Shown here: positions 50,995 through 61,268 of the stretch, piece after piece | Numbering within the stretch: the stretch's first letter is position 1 | Layout: each line of letters starts with the position of its first letter | Assembly (NCBI GenBank): GCA_038231435.1 | Contig: JBBRLJ010000023.1 | Span: 28,137 to 92,136 of the forward strand | DNA from: Planctomycetota bacterium | GTDB taxonomy: Bacteria; Planctomycetota; UBA11346 | Length of the DNA: 64,000 bases | Direction: 5' to 3' | Position numbers and translations under genes: made by a program | The notes under the pieces: model-generated | What the model saw: the letters and a program-made list of their open reading frames with translations, nothing else | Databases searched by the model: none | What the model was told of the DNA's origin: nothing

Positions 50995-51219
50995 GGAGAG
51001 GGGCTCCATCGCCGAAGCCAGGCGGGTGTGGATCCAGGGCGACCGTCGGCGCTCGCGCCTGGCCGGGCACGCCCCGCCAGCTTCACGCACGGCCACGGGC
51101 AAGCGAACCGCTTGCATCAGCATCAGTCGGATGAGCGGTATGGATGGCTTTGATCATGCGCGCCCATTTCCATGTATCTGGTTGTCACACACCGACCTGC
51201 TGCCGACTCCCTGGCACCT

Positions 51220-51248
51220 TTGACCACCCCCGTCGCCACTACTAGAGT
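51220..51248 (+). promoter_or_regulatory. Putative sigma70 promoter of the pilM-secretin operon
   Basis: TTGACC-17 bp-TAGAGT about 50 bp upstream of the pilM ATG. Confidence 0.6.
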
Positions 51249-51299
51249 GCCCGACGGGCCCTCGATCCGTTCCTCGTAGTCACAGCCGGGACAGAGCTT

Positions 51300-53117
51300 A
51301 TGGATAAATATCCAGTCGCATGGGGTCTTGATATCGGTCACTCGAGCATCAAGGCGGTCAAACTCTCGCGCGTGGGCAACACCGTGACCGTGCTCGGCTA
51401 TACCATCGAGCCGATCATCGTCGCCGAGAACGGCGATCGCGATGACGCCGTGGTCAAGGCCATGCAGTCGATGGCGCTGCGCGAGGACTTCGGCCAGGCT
51501 CCGGTGCTCGCCGCGCTGTCCGGACGCCAGGTGCTGACGCGCACCGTGAACATCCCGACCCTCAACGCCAAGAAGGTCGACCGCATGGTCGAGCTTGAGG
51601 CGCGCCAGCAGATCCCCGGCAACTTCGACGAGATCGAATGGGGATACCACCTCTCGCCCGCCGCCGACGGCGCGTCGAACGACGTCGCACTGTTCGCGGT
51701 GAAGCGCGACCTGGTGCAGGAAGTCATCCAGAAATCCAAGCTCGCCGGCATCAATCTCATCGGCGTGTCGGTGTCGTCGCTCGCGGTCTACAACTTCGTG
51801 CGCTACGATCAGGTGTTCCCCGACGACGAATCGGTGATCATCCTCGACGTCGGCGCCGAGAACACCGACCTGGTGTGCTACCAGGGCGAATCGCTATGGA
51901 TGCGCACCCTGGCGGTGTCGGGCAACGACATCACCAAGGCCTTCATGAAGAAGTTCCGCGTCTCCTTCGAAGAGGCCGAGACGCTCAAGCGCCAGACCGG
52001 CGACAGCCGCCAGGCCGACAAGATCATCAAGGTCATCGAGGGCAGCCTCAACGAGCTGACCGCCGAGGTCCAGCGCAGCCTCGGATTCTATAAATCGCAG
52101 AATCCCAGCGCGAAACTCGAGAATCTCGTCATCAGCGGCAGCACCTTCCGGCTCCCCGGCCTGCCCGAGTACTTCGCCGAACGCCTGCGCTACACGGTGA
52201 ACATCCTCGAGGACCTCGACAAGATCAAGGTCGCCTCGGGCCTCGAGCGCGACCATTTCCTGCACGACCTGCCCTCGCTTGGCGTCGCCGTCGGCCTGGC
52301 TCTGCAGGCGACCGGTGTCGCCAAGGCCAACGTCAACCTCATGCCGGGAACCATGCAGGTGCAGAACCTGCTGGCATCGAAGCGCTGGGCTCCGATTGCG
52401 ATCATGGTGCTACTCGCCATCACCTTCGCCGTCAGCTACATGGTCGTCGGCAACCTGATCAAGGAGAACGAGGGCCTGAGCGCCAAGATCAAGGAGGCGA
52501 ACAAGAAGAATACCGATCTCGTCGACGCCTCGCAGAAGCAGCTCGATCTGGTCGGCCCCGAGGCCAACAAGCTCAAGATCTACAATCCCTACGGCACCCA
52601 GGCCGGAGTCGTGCAGGCGGTGCTCTCCGGCGTCACCTCGGTGGTCGCGACACTGGTCAAGGAGAAGGGCTCGCTCGGCGATACCGCCACCAAGCCCGAG
52701 GACGGCGGCGACCCCTATCTGCAGGCCCTGTACCTCAAGTCGGTGAGCATCGAGGCCAACGAGCTCACCGGCCCCGCCGGCCCGTACCGTCCGCTCGCCG
52801 AGCCGCGCACGGTGACGGTCGAAGTGACGATCCCCAGGCATCCGAAGGTGAATTCGAGCGAGATGATCGACATGGTGAAGAAGCGGCTCGAGGCCGAGAA
52901 GGCGCCGTACGACTTCGCCGGCATCAAGAAGGATTCGCCGCTGTTCGCCACCGTCAAGGCGACCAAGGAAACTGCGGACAAGGACGACTTCTGGTACGTG
53001 AACAAGGAGCACGAGGACGCCAAGGGCGACCTCGACCCGATCAGCCTGAACCGCAAGTTCGACGTGACGGTGGCCTCCTATGTCTGCACCCTCGCGGCGC
53101 CGGAGGCCAAGAAGTGA
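51300..53117 (+). CDS. pilM: Type IV pilus assembly protein PilM fused to a PilN-like TM/periplasmic domain
   Basis: WGLDIGHSSIKAV, EARQQIP, ILDVGAENTD, EVQRSLGFY, then VNLMP (PilN-like) + TM + coiled coil. Confidence 0.92.
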   Translation: MDKYPVAWGLDIGHSSIKAVKLSRVGNTVTVLGYTIEPIIVAENGDRDDAVVKAMQSMALREDFGQAPVLAALSGRQVLTRTVNIPTLNAKKVDRMVELEARQQIPGNFDEIEWGYHLSPAADGASNDVALFAVKRDLVQEVIQKSKLAGINLIGVSVSSLAVYNFVRYDQVFPDDESVIILDVGAENTDLVCYQGESLWMRTLAVSGNDITKAFMKKFRVSFEEAETLKRQTGDSRQADKIIKVIEGSLNELTAEVQRSLGFYKSQNPSAKLENLVISGSTFRLPGLPEYFAERLRYTVNILEDLDKIKVASGLERDHFLHDLPSLGVAVGLALQATGVAKANVNLMPGTMQVQNLLASKRWAPIAIMVLLAITFAVSYMVVGNLIKENEGLSAKIKEANKKNTDLVDASQKQLDLVGPEANKLKIYNPYGTQAGVVQAVLSGVTSVVATLVKEKGSLGDTATKPEDGGDPYLQALYLKSVSIEANELTGPAGPYRPLAEPRTVTVEVTIPRHPKVNSSEMIDMVKKRLEAEKAPYDFAGIKKDSPLFATVKATKETADKDDFWYVNKEHEDAKGDLDPISLNRKFDVTVASYVCTLAAPEAKK

Positions 53118-54259
53118 ACAAGGTCAAACCGTATCTGTTCTGGATCGTCTGCGGCATCATCCTGCTGGTCGAGATCGTCGTGGTGCTGGTCATCTCTCCG
53201 AACGGAAAGGGCGACAAGTCCGCCGAGGATGTGAAGAAGGAGCTCGACGCTGACAACAAGAAGCTGACCCTGCTCTTCGACCGCGCATCTCAAGGCTCGC
53301 CGAGCGGCGAATTCGATGCCGAGAACAAGGATCACATCGCCCAGCTCACCACCAAGTGGCTGCCGGCGCCGAGCTGGAAGAGCGTGCTCGAGAGCCACGT
53401 GCAGAAATACCGCGTCCAGACCGGGACCATCCAGGGATACCTCGCCCACCGCAGCGAATTCCTGCACCGCACGATCTCGAGCGAGCGCGATCCGCATGCC
53501 TGGTACACCCAGTACCAGACCGTCACCGCCGATCTGCTGCAGAAGCTCTACGATGACCAGTGCCTGGTCCTACCGGTGATCACCGGCGCTGGCGCCGCGG
53601 CGGCCACGGCCGAGCAGGGCGATGCTCCCGACTTCGCGAAGAAGCGCGAGCTGCGCCAGATCGCCGGATTCGTGACCACGACCAACTATCCCGAGCAGGG
53701 CGAATGGCCCAAGCTGACCGTGCGCTTCCACGTGATGGAGATGATCGCCGATGCGCTGCATCGCAGCAAGGGCACCAACGAAGTCTCGGCGGCCGTGCCA
53801 CTGAAGACCCCGTTCGAGGCGCATGCCCAGCTGGTCGGCATCACCTGGAAGGAGGACAGCGAGGACATCGTCGGATACCAGCTGACCCTGCAGGGCCCGA
53901 TCTCGTCGATCCTGTCCGCGGAAGCGGCGCTCGAGGAGAACGTCGACGACGGTAAGCCGATCTCGGTGGTCAGCGGCGCGACCCTCGGCCGCAAGACCTT
54001 CGCCGCGGGCGAGCGTCGCGACATCACCTCCGAGCCGGTGGTGCTCAAGCTCACCGCGGGCGTGCTCGACTACTCGAATCTGAACGCCAGCGGAAACGCG
54101 AACGGAACGGGCGGCAATGCCGGCGCCCAGGGCACTCAACCGCTCGCCCAACCGCAAGCCCAGCCGCAGACGCTGCCACAGGGCGCTCCGCCCGCGCCGC
54201 GCTCGCCGCCCGCCGGGCCGCCCGCGAACCGTCAGGCAGAAGCCCTGGGAGAACAGTGA
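53114..54259 (+). CDS. Bitopic membrane protein in the PilO position
   Basis: GTG overlaps the pilM stop; N-terminal TM + coiled coil; YQLTLQGPISSIL resembles PilO ferredoxin-like strands; Pro/Gln tail. Confidence 0.75.
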   Translation: MNKVKPYLFWIVCGIILLVEIVVVLVISPNGKGDKSAEDVKKELDADNKKLTLLFDRASQGSPSGEFDAENKDHIAQLTTKWLPAPSWKSVLESHVQKYRVQTGTIQGYLAHRSEFLHRTISSERDPHAWYTQYQTVTADLLQKLYDDQCLVLPVITGAGAAAATAEQGDAPDFAKKRELRQIAGFVTTTNYPEQGEWPKLTVRFHVMEMIADALHRSKGTNEVSAAVPLKTPFEAHAQLVGITWKEDSEDIVGYQLTLQGPISSILSAEAALEENVDDGKPISVVSGATLGRKTFAAGERRDITSEPVVLKLTAGVLDYSNLNASGNANGTGGNAGAQGTQPLAQPQAQPQTLPQGAPPAPRSPPAGPPANRQAEALGEQ

Positions 54260-56115
54260 TGGATCCCAAGCATCTCATGCTCGCTCACGGCGAGAAAGCC
54301 GTCGTGCTGATCGTTGCCGGGCTCTGTGCCTGGAAGCTGATCGCGGTGTTCACCAACGACGAGATCCGCCCCGGCACCACCCAGCAGGCCACCTCGGATC
54401 GCATCGCGGTGATCGCGAAGGTCATGGACTCGAAGGACGTGCCGAGCCTGAAGGCTCCCCCGACCTATCTCGAGGACATGAAGGCGCGCTTCAACCGCGA
54501 GCTGCCCCGGGCCGTGCGTCCGTCATGGATCTTCAGCCATACCGACATCGGCGGCGGCGCGAGCGGCACGTTCTACTACATCTACGAGTTGAACGCGCCC
54601 GCGGTGGTGCCGAAGGACAACATCGGCACCATCGAGGTGGTCGTCTCGCCGCCCAAGGTGGGCACCGGCTCCGAGCGCCGGTCGTCGGAGTGGGAGAAGC
54701 AGTGGACGCGCACCACCGAGAAGACCATCCTGAACTCGGCCAAGGTCGCCGGTGTCCAGGTCGAGATGAAGGTCGGCGAGGGCCAGTGGCGCCCGCTGAA
54801 GGCGCCCGGCGTGCTCGCCGAGGGCTTCATCCCGCTCGAAACCCTGAAGAAGAGCGAGAAATTCACCTTCCCGACCCAGGCGGTCTGGGAACGGCACTAC
54901 TTCCGCGCCCGCACCATCCTCAAGGCCACGGGCTACACCGGCGAGGACAAGGATGCCGACGAGACCGTGCTGGTGCACAACGGGCAGATCGACGAGCCCG
55001 ACTGGAAGATCTTCGGCGAGCAGATGAAGGCCAGCCCCGAGATGTTGACGAACGAATTCATGGCTGGCGCCAAGCAGGCCGTCCCGGGCGTCGACCTGAA
55101 GAAGGGCGAGCTGCTCTACTACAGCAACGACTGCGACATCGCCTGGATCAACGCCACCTCCGACATCCGCTTCGCCTTCGAGAAGTCGCTGACCGATCCG
55201 TCGGACCCGAGCAAGGAGAGCGCCAGCGTCCTGCTCTCGAAGCAGTTCAAGCGTCCGACCGGTAACGTGTGGCTCGACAAGCCCGAGGTGTTCAAGGTCG
55301 AGAAGGACGACGTCATCGGCGGCAAGCGCAACCTCAAGCCCCCTGGCGAGGACAAGCTCAAGGAAGTCGACCTCACGACTCCGTTCCAGCTCGTCGACAT
55401 CAAGCACGGCATCGAGCGCATCTGGTACTACGAAGTGAAGGCCAAGGCGCGCACCGACGGCGCCAAGGGCAAGGAGCTGTACTTCGAACCGGTCAAGAAG
55501 CAGACCGACGTGGCGGTGCTCAAGAACAGCAAGACCGGCGTGGTGGTCGAGATGACCAAGCTGGCGAAGATCACCAAGCCGAACCGCTCGCTCACCGGCA
55601 AGACCTTCCCGGTGTTCTATCCCATGTTCCCTGGCGACTTCTACGACGAGGAAGACGAGTTCCGCAAGAGCCCCAGCGAATTCCAGCAGTGGGGGCTGAT
55701 CCCGCCGACCCCGATCATGCACGACAAGGACACCGGTCCGCTCGAGGACCTGCGCCTGAATCCTCCCGGCAACGGCGTGTACAAGACCGACACCGCCTAC
55801 ATCGAGCTGCCTGACGGCAGGCTGATCTGGTGGGAGCCGATCAACAAGGAGATCGCGATCTACCCCGAGCCGAAGGCCGACGCCAAGGGTCCGGCCCTGC
55901 CGCCGCCGCGCCTGAACGGTCCCAAGAACGGCCCCAAGGCGGTGACCCCGCCGAAGACGCCGAAGGCAGTCGCGCCTCCGCGCCAGCCGCCTCCGGGCGC
56001 CTACCCGCCCGGCGCCGGCGGACCGCCTCCGGGCGCTGGCGGACCGCCTCCTGGCGCCGGCGGCTATCCGCAGGGTGGGCCCAACGGCGGCGGCGCCGCA
56101 CCGCGTCACCCATGA
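54259..56115 (+). CDS. Large bitopic periplasmic beta-rich protein in the PilP position, Pro/Gly-rich tail
   Basis: HGEK + TM N-terminus; FN3-like segment (RHYFRARTIL); PPPGAGG repeats; coupled to the previous gene. Confidence 0.8.
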   Translation: MDPKHLMLAHGEKAVVLIVAGLCAWKLIAVFTNDEIRPGTTQQATSDRIAVIAKVMDSKDVPSLKAPPTYLEDMKARFNRELPRAVRPSWIFSHTDIGGGASGTFYYIYELNAPAVVPKDNIGTIEVVVSPPKVGTGSERRSSEWEKQWTRTTEKTILNSAKVAGVQVEMKVGEGQWRPLKAPGVLAEGFIPLETLKKSEKFTFPTQAVWERHYFRARTILKATGYTGEDKDADETVLVHNGQIDEPDWKIFGEQMKASPEMLTNEFMAGAKQAVPGVDLKKGELLYYSNDCDIAWINATSDIRFAFEKSLTDPSDPSKESASVLLSKQFKRPTGNVWLDKPEVFKVEKDDVIGGKRNLKPPGEDKLKEVDLTTPFQLVDIKHGIERIWYYEVKAKARTDGAKGKELYFEPVKKQTDVAVLKNSKTGVVVEMTKLAKITKPNRSLTGKTFPVFYPMFPGDFYDEEDEFRKSPSEFQQWGLIPPTPIMHDKDTGPLEDLRLNPPGNGVYKTDTAYIELPDGRLIWWEPINKEIAIYPEPKADAKGPALPPPRLNGPKNGPKAVTPPKTPKAVAPPRQPPPGAYPPGAGGPPPGAGGPPPGAGGYPQGGPNGGGAAPRHP

Positions 56116-56298
56116 GGCGTGAGTGACACGAAGAGGTCCTCCCGCAGTCCTGCGGTTTCTATCCCTGGGAACCTCATAGGGTGCCCGGAATCCCTTTCGA
56201 ACCGGGCAATAGGTACGACGTGGCCGATGGACGCATGTTCCTGTGGCACCGCAAGTACCAGCTGTCGCCGAGTGACATGAGCTTCGAGGAGTTTGGCA

Positions 56299-58839
56299 AT
56301 GCGTAGTGCGAAAACCCGCTCCCTCACCCCCATGATGGTCGCCATCCTGGCCTTGCCCGTCGTCGGCCTGTCGGCCGCCGAGCAGGGCGCCGGAGATCAA
56401 GGCGCTGGAGGTCAGGGCGGAGGAGAAGCCAAGGGCGCGGCCCAGGCGCTGAACGACTACGCCGCGCAAGGCGGCGGAGGCGCCGCCACCAATGAGCAGA
56501 TGCAGGCCGAGGCGCGCTACCGCGAGGCCTACTCCGAATACCGCAAGGCCCACTTCGCCGAGGCGAAGAAGCTGGTCGAAGCGGCGTTGCGCGCGAACCC
56601 CGCCCACCAGGGCGCCCAGCGCCTGCGCGACGACATCCTCGCCGTGCTCGGCGAGCGCGGCAATTCGCTGCAGATGGCTGCCACCTGGTTCAAGTCGCTG
56701 CAGGACGTGCGCACCCAGGAGTTGGCGGTCAGGCTCGACGCGCTGATGACCAGCGGCGACCAGAAGATGGCCGCCGGCGACTACGATGGCGCCGAGCTCG
56801 ACTACGATCGCGTCGAGGTTGGTCTGCGCAGCTTCCCGTACGAATTCGACTGGGGCAACCTGCCCGAGCAGGTCGCCGGCAAGCGCCTCGAGGCGCGAGC
56901 GGAATCCCGCCAGGCGCGCGAGCAGCACGCCGAGCAGGCTCGCGATCTCGCGAAGGTCCGCGCCCACGAGCAGGCCGATCTCCAGGAAGAGGCGCTGCGC
57001 TCCAAGGTCGATGAGCTGGTCCGCCGCGCGAAGGTCTCGTACGACCGCAAGGACTACAAGCGCGCCGAGGTCGACGCGTGGAACGCCTACGAGCTCGACC
57101 GCCGCCGCGAGGACGCGCGCAAGCTCTACCTGGCCGCCCGCCGTGAAGGCCACATCGAGTTCGACGACCGCTATCGCGAGGAGCGCCTCGAGCGCCTCGC
57201 GCGGGTGAACGAGGAGATCCACAAGTCGCTGATCCCGCAGTCCGAAATCCTGGTCTATCCCGAGGACTGGCAGCGCCGCGCGCTGCGCCGTCCGCGCGAG
57301 ATCGGCAACCAGAAGGTCGAGAGCTGGATGGCCGACCTGACCAAGCGCATGGACCAGCGCGTGACCTTCGAATTCTCCGATCAGGGGTTCGAGGACGTCG
57401 TCACCTTCCTGCGCCAGGTCACCGGCGTGAACATCATCGTCGCTCCCGAAGTGACGGCCGCCGGCGGCGGCGGCACGGTAACGCTCAAGGTCAAGGACAT
57501 GCGCTTCGGCGACGCGCTGAAGTGGATCCTCGAGCTGACCAACCTGCACATGGCGATGCAGGAGCAGGCCATCTACATCTCCAACAAGGCGGTCACCGGT
57601 TCGATCGTGCTGCGCATGTACGACGTCACCGACCTGATCTCGCCGGTGAAGGATTTCCCGGGCCGCGAGCTGGCATACAACGCTGGCGGCGGCGGCGGCG
57701 GCAGTGGCATCCAGATGTTCCAGGCTGCGGCCACCGAGGACAGCAAGTCCACCGATCCGCAGGAGCTGGTCGACTTCATCCGCAAGAACGTCGATCCGAA
57801 GAGCTGGGACGCTGAAGGCGCCGGCATCGATCAGCGCTCGGGCTCGACCTTGTTCGTCAGCCAGACGCCCGAGGTCCACAACCAGCTCGAGCAGCTGCTG
57901 TCGAACCTGCGCAACCAGCAGTCCCTGCAGGTCAGCGTCAACGTCCGGCTGCTCGATGTGCGCAAGAATTTCTTTGAGGAGATCGGCGTCTCGTACATCG
58001 ATCCCATGGTTCCCGCGAACATGGACCTGCTCAACAGCACCTCGAAGCTGGCCCCCGGGCCCGGCCGCGGCTACCTGCGTGAGAACAACACCATCAGCTA
58101 CCAGGGCGACGTCCACAACGAGCAGCTGCCCGCGAACTCGACGCAGGCGGCCTACAACGCCTTCGGCGGCATCATCCCGCGCGGCCTCTATGTCGAATCC
58201 TCGCACAGCCCCTTCAACTTCCTGAACGCCGACCAGATCAACGCGGTGTTCTCGGCGGTCGAGGAAGAGAACGATCTGCAGGTCCTGCAGCATCCGGTGA
58301 TCACCTGCTTCAACGGCAAGCGCGCGAACGCCGCGTTCATGAACCAGTACGCCTACATCGCGGACTACGACGTGGTCAGCTCCACCCTGGATCCCAAGAT
58401 CCAGGTGCTGACCTTCGGCAACATCCTCGACGTGCTGCCGGTGGTGAGCTCGGACCACAAGTACATCACCATGGAGATCAGGCCCGCGTCCGTGCTGCTG
58501 CAGGGCGTGTTCACTGAGATCCTGGCGGCTCCGCGCATCGTCGCGACCGGCAATGGCGCGTTCCTGCTCGGTACCTTCCAGTATCCGCTCGAGCTGCCGA
58601 ACGTCCTGGTGCGGACCATGCGCTCCTCGGTCATGCTGCCCGACAAGGGCTCGCTCCTGATCGGCGGTTTCCAGCACAGCCTGCGCCAGCGCACCCACAT
58701 CGGGGTGCCGTTCCTGAGCCACATCCCGTTCCTGGGCCGCCTGTTCAGCCGCAACGGCGTGTACGACGAGAACCATCGCCTGTTCATGCTGCTCAACGCC
58801 GAGGTCATCGACCTCAAAGAGAAAGAATCCCAGCAGTGA
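56299..58839 (+). CDS. Secretin paralogue 1 (TPR/helical N-terminus, N0/N3 domains, secretin domain)
   Basis: GAGGAG RBS; signal peptide; RVTFEFSDQGFEDVV, LFVSQTPEVHNQLEQLL and GVPFLSHIPFLGRLFS. Confidence 0.9.
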   Translation: MRSAKTRSLTPMMVAILALPVVGLSAAEQGAGDQGAGGQGGGEAKGAAQALNDYAAQGGGGAATNEQMQAEARYREAYSEYRKAHFAEAKKLVEAALRANPAHQGAQRLRDDILAVLGERGNSLQMAATWFKSLQDVRTQELAVRLDALMTSGDQKMAAGDYDGAELDYDRVEVGLRSFPYEFDWGNLPEQVAGKRLEARAESRQAREQHAEQARDLAKVRAHEQADLQEEALRSKVDELVRRAKVSYDRKDYKRAEVDAWNAYELDRRREDARKLYLAARREGHIEFDDRYREERLERLARVNEEIHKSLIPQSEILVYPEDWQRRALRRPREIGNQKVESWMADLTKRMDQRVTFEFSDQGFEDVVTFLRQVTGVNIIVAPEVTAAGGGGTVTLKVKDMRFGDALKWILELTNLHMAMQEQAIYISNKAVTGSIVLRMYDVTDLISPVKDFPGRELAYNAGGGGGGSGIQMFQAAATEDSKSTDPQELVDFIRKNVDPKSWDAEGAGIDQRSGSTLFVSQTPEVHNQLEQLLSNLRNQQSLQVSVNVRLLDVRKNFFEEIGVSYIDPMVPANMDLLNSTSKLAPGPGRGYLRENNTISYQGDVHNEQLPANSTQAAYNAFGGIIPRGLYVESSHSPFNFLNADQINAVFSAVEEENDLQVLQHPVITCFNGKRANAAFMNQYAYIADYDVVSSTLDPKIQVLTFGNILDVLPVVSSDHKYITMEIRPASVLLQGVFTEILAAPRIVATGNGAFLLGTFQYPLELPNVLVRTMRSSVMLPDKGSLLIGGFQHSLRQRTHIGVPFLSHIPFLGRLFSRNGVYDENHRLFMLLNAEVIDLKEKESQQ

Positions 58840-61268
58840 CCGGACGCCGGAACGTCGGCCGCGGCCAGGGCGCCGCGCGAAATGCCGGGCGGTGCGTAAG
58901 CACCCGCCGCGGCATCTTCGCGCGCTCCGCCGTGCTCGCGCTGTGCGCTTCCGCGGCGTTCTCAGAAACCGCGCCGGAATCCCTCCCCGACGCGTCGATC
59001 CAGGCCTCGGCCCTGGTCGCCCAGGCCCGCCATGAACGCGAGGCCGGCCGGCTCGAGAAGGCGCGCGAATTGTGCCGGCGCGCCATCGATCTGGCCCCTG
59101 GCGACGCCTCCGCGCGCGGAGAGTTGGCGCGCATCGATTCCACCGCCGCCGGCAAGGATGCCGGAGCGACGCCTTCCCAGGTCAAGCCCGACGCCGCGCT
59201 CAAGGTGCAGCTGGTGCTCTCGGAAGCGCGCGTCGCCGCCGATCGCGCCGAACTGCTCGCCGCCGACGGCCGCAATGCCGAGGCCCGGACCCAGCTCGAG
59301 CCGGCGATCGCGGCGCTCGTCCAGCTCGATGCCGAGCTGCCGCCCGAAGCGCGCCAAGAGCTCGCGCGGCTGCGCGGACTCGAGGATGCCTACCATCAGG
59401 CCGCCGACGCCGCCCGCGTCGAGAGCGTCCGCGCCGACCGCGACCAGTCCCTCGCACAGGCGCACGAACATTCCGATCGCGACCAGGCGATGCATCGCAG
59501 CGTCTACCAGGAGCGCCTGGCCCGCGTCATCGCGATCAAGAATCGCGGCCACCTCGAAGTGGCCCTCTCCACCTGCCGCGCGCTGGTGGTCGAGTACCCG
59601 AGCGAGCCTGAAGCCGAGAAGCTGTTCCAGGAAATCCTCGAGGCGGTGCACAAACAGCGTCGGCTGACGCTCGACGAGCGCGGCCGCGAGCTCAAGAAGG
59701 AAGTCCTCGAGCGCATCGAGAAGTCGCTGATCCCCGATGGCTTCGACGGCATGCCGGTGTTCCCGGACGATTTTCTCACGCGCCACTCCCATGCCTACGG
59801 GCTCGAGTTCGTGCCCGACATCCCGCCGTGGCGCGAGGCCATCCTCGACCGCCTATCGAAGCGCGTCAGCGTGGATTTCGACGCGCAGAACGGCGTCGAG
59901 GCGCTGAATGCGCTCGCCCGCCAGGCCGGCCTCAACCTGGTGATCGACCCGCAGCTCCAGGCTGGCGCCGAACGCACGGTGACGCTCAAGGCCAGCAACA
60001 TCCAGCTCGATCACGCGCTCAATTGGCTGACCAAGCTGATGGATACCACCTGGTCGATCACCAAGGGAGCCGTGTACATCGGCGGCACCGAGGAGGTCGA
60101 GCCCGTGCTCGCCATCCACGACGTATCGGTGATGGTGTTCCAGGGCCAGGATCATCCAGGCAAGATCATCGCCTTCTCGTCCGCCGGCGCGGCCGGCGGC
60201 GCCGGGCTCTTCCAGGACGCCGCGACCGACGAGAAGAAGATCACGCCCGAGGACGTCGTCGATCTGATGCAGAAGGCCGTCAGCCCGCTGACCTGGAAGA
60301 ATCCCGCCTACGGGATCACCATCCGCGGCACCACGCTCTTCGTCACCGCTCCAGCGAACGTCCACAAGCTCATCGACGAATTCATCCGCGCCCAGGAGCA
60401 CATGCAGAATGTGCTGGTCAAGGTGGATGCGCGCTGGCTCGAGATCGACGACGGCTTCATCGAGGAGATCGGCGTCAACTGGGGCAACCTCGCCAGCATC
60501 AGCCAACTGGTCACCCCGCACCAGCCCGCCGGGCTGTTCCGCGAGAACACCGACATCCAGTACAACGGCACCAACACCAACCAGCTGCCGGCCACGCAGG
60601 TGTTCATCCAGCCGGCGACTCTCAATAGCGGCCTGACCCTGTCGGGAGCGATGCTGCGCAATACCGAGCTGTCGTCGGTCATCACCGCGGTCGAGCGCAA
60701 CAGCCGCGGCCGCGTGCTCGCCTCGCCGTCGATCACCACGCTCAACGGCGTCCGCTCGGGCTGCTTCTTCGGCTCGCAGATGGCCTACATCGCCGACTAC
60801 GACGTCGTCTCGTCGACCCTCGACCCGAAGATCCAGGTCCTGACCGTTGGCGCCAGCCTGACCATCAAGCCGATGGTGAGCGCAGACCGCAAGTACGTGA
60901 CCATGGATTTCCGTCCCGGCCTCGCGTCGGTCCGCCTGTTCACCGAGATCCTCTCGGCGCCGCGCTTCATCACCGCAGGCAACGCCACCGGCTTCATCGG
61001 CATCTTCCAATATCCGATCGAACTGCCGAACATCGAGATCAAGGAATCGTCCACCACCATCCAGGTGCCCGACCAGGGCTCGCTGCTGGTGGGCGGCTTC
61101 GGCAAGAACATCGATCAGGAAATGGCCGAACGCGTGCCCTTCCTCGGCAACATCCCTTTCATCGGCAGGCTCTTCGGCAAGCGCGGACGCTATTCAGACC
61201 GCGCGAAGCTGTACCTGCTGGCCACCGTGAACATCATCAATTACGACGAACTGGAGACCACGCTGTGA
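58836..61268 (+). CDS. Secretin paralogue 2
   Basis: Same architecture; VLASPSITTLNG and RVPFLGNIPFIGRLFG; GTGA overlap with paralogue 1. Confidence 0.9.
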   Translation: MTGRRNVGRGQGAARNAGRCVSTRRGIFARSAVLALCASAAFSETAPESLPDASIQASALVAQARHEREAGRLEKARELCRRAIDLAPGDASARGELARIDSTAAGKDAGATPSQVKPDAALKVQLVLSEARVAADRAELLAADGRNAEARTQLEPAIAALVQLDAELPPEARQELARLRGLEDAYHQAADAARVESVRADRDQSLAQAHEHSDRDQAMHRSVYQERLARVIAIKNRGHLEVALSTCRALVVEYPSEPEAEKLFQEILEAVHKQRRLTLDERGRELKKEVLERIEKSLIPDGFDGMPVFPDDFLTRHSHAYGLEFVPDIPPWREAILDRLSKRVSVDFDAQNGVEALNALARQAGLNLVIDPQLQAGAERTVTLKASNIQLDHALNWLTKLMDTTWSITKGAVYIGGTEEVEPVLAIHDVSVMVFQGQDHPGKIIAFSSAGAAGGAGLFQDAATDEKKITPEDVVDLMQKAVSPLTWKNPAYGITIRGTTLFVTAPANVHKLIDEFIRAQEHMQNVLVKVDARWLEIDDGFIEEIGVNWGNLASISQLVTPHQPAGLFRENTDIQYNGTNTNQLPATQVFIQPATLNSGLTLSGAMLRNTELSSVITAVERNSRGRVLASPSITTLNGVRSGCFFGSQMAYIADYDVVSSTLDPKIQVLTVGASLTIKPMVSADRKYVTMDFRPGLASVRLFTEILSAPRFITAGNATGFIGIFQYPIELPNIEIKESSTTIQVPDQGSLLVGGFGKNIDQEMAERVPFLGNIPFIGRLFGKRGRYSDRAKLYLLATVNIINYDELETTL

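Noticed and set aside
48667..51200. tRNA-anchored genomic island or prophage
   Set aside because: No integrase and no duplicated tRNA 3' end found; the downstream DNA is repeats and one membrane-protein gene
54523..58776. 1417-aa minus-strand ORF, and similar long antisense ORFs such as 44135-47017 and 22759-24408
   Set aside because: Shadow frames of well-supported opposite-strand genes in GC-rich DNA; no motifs
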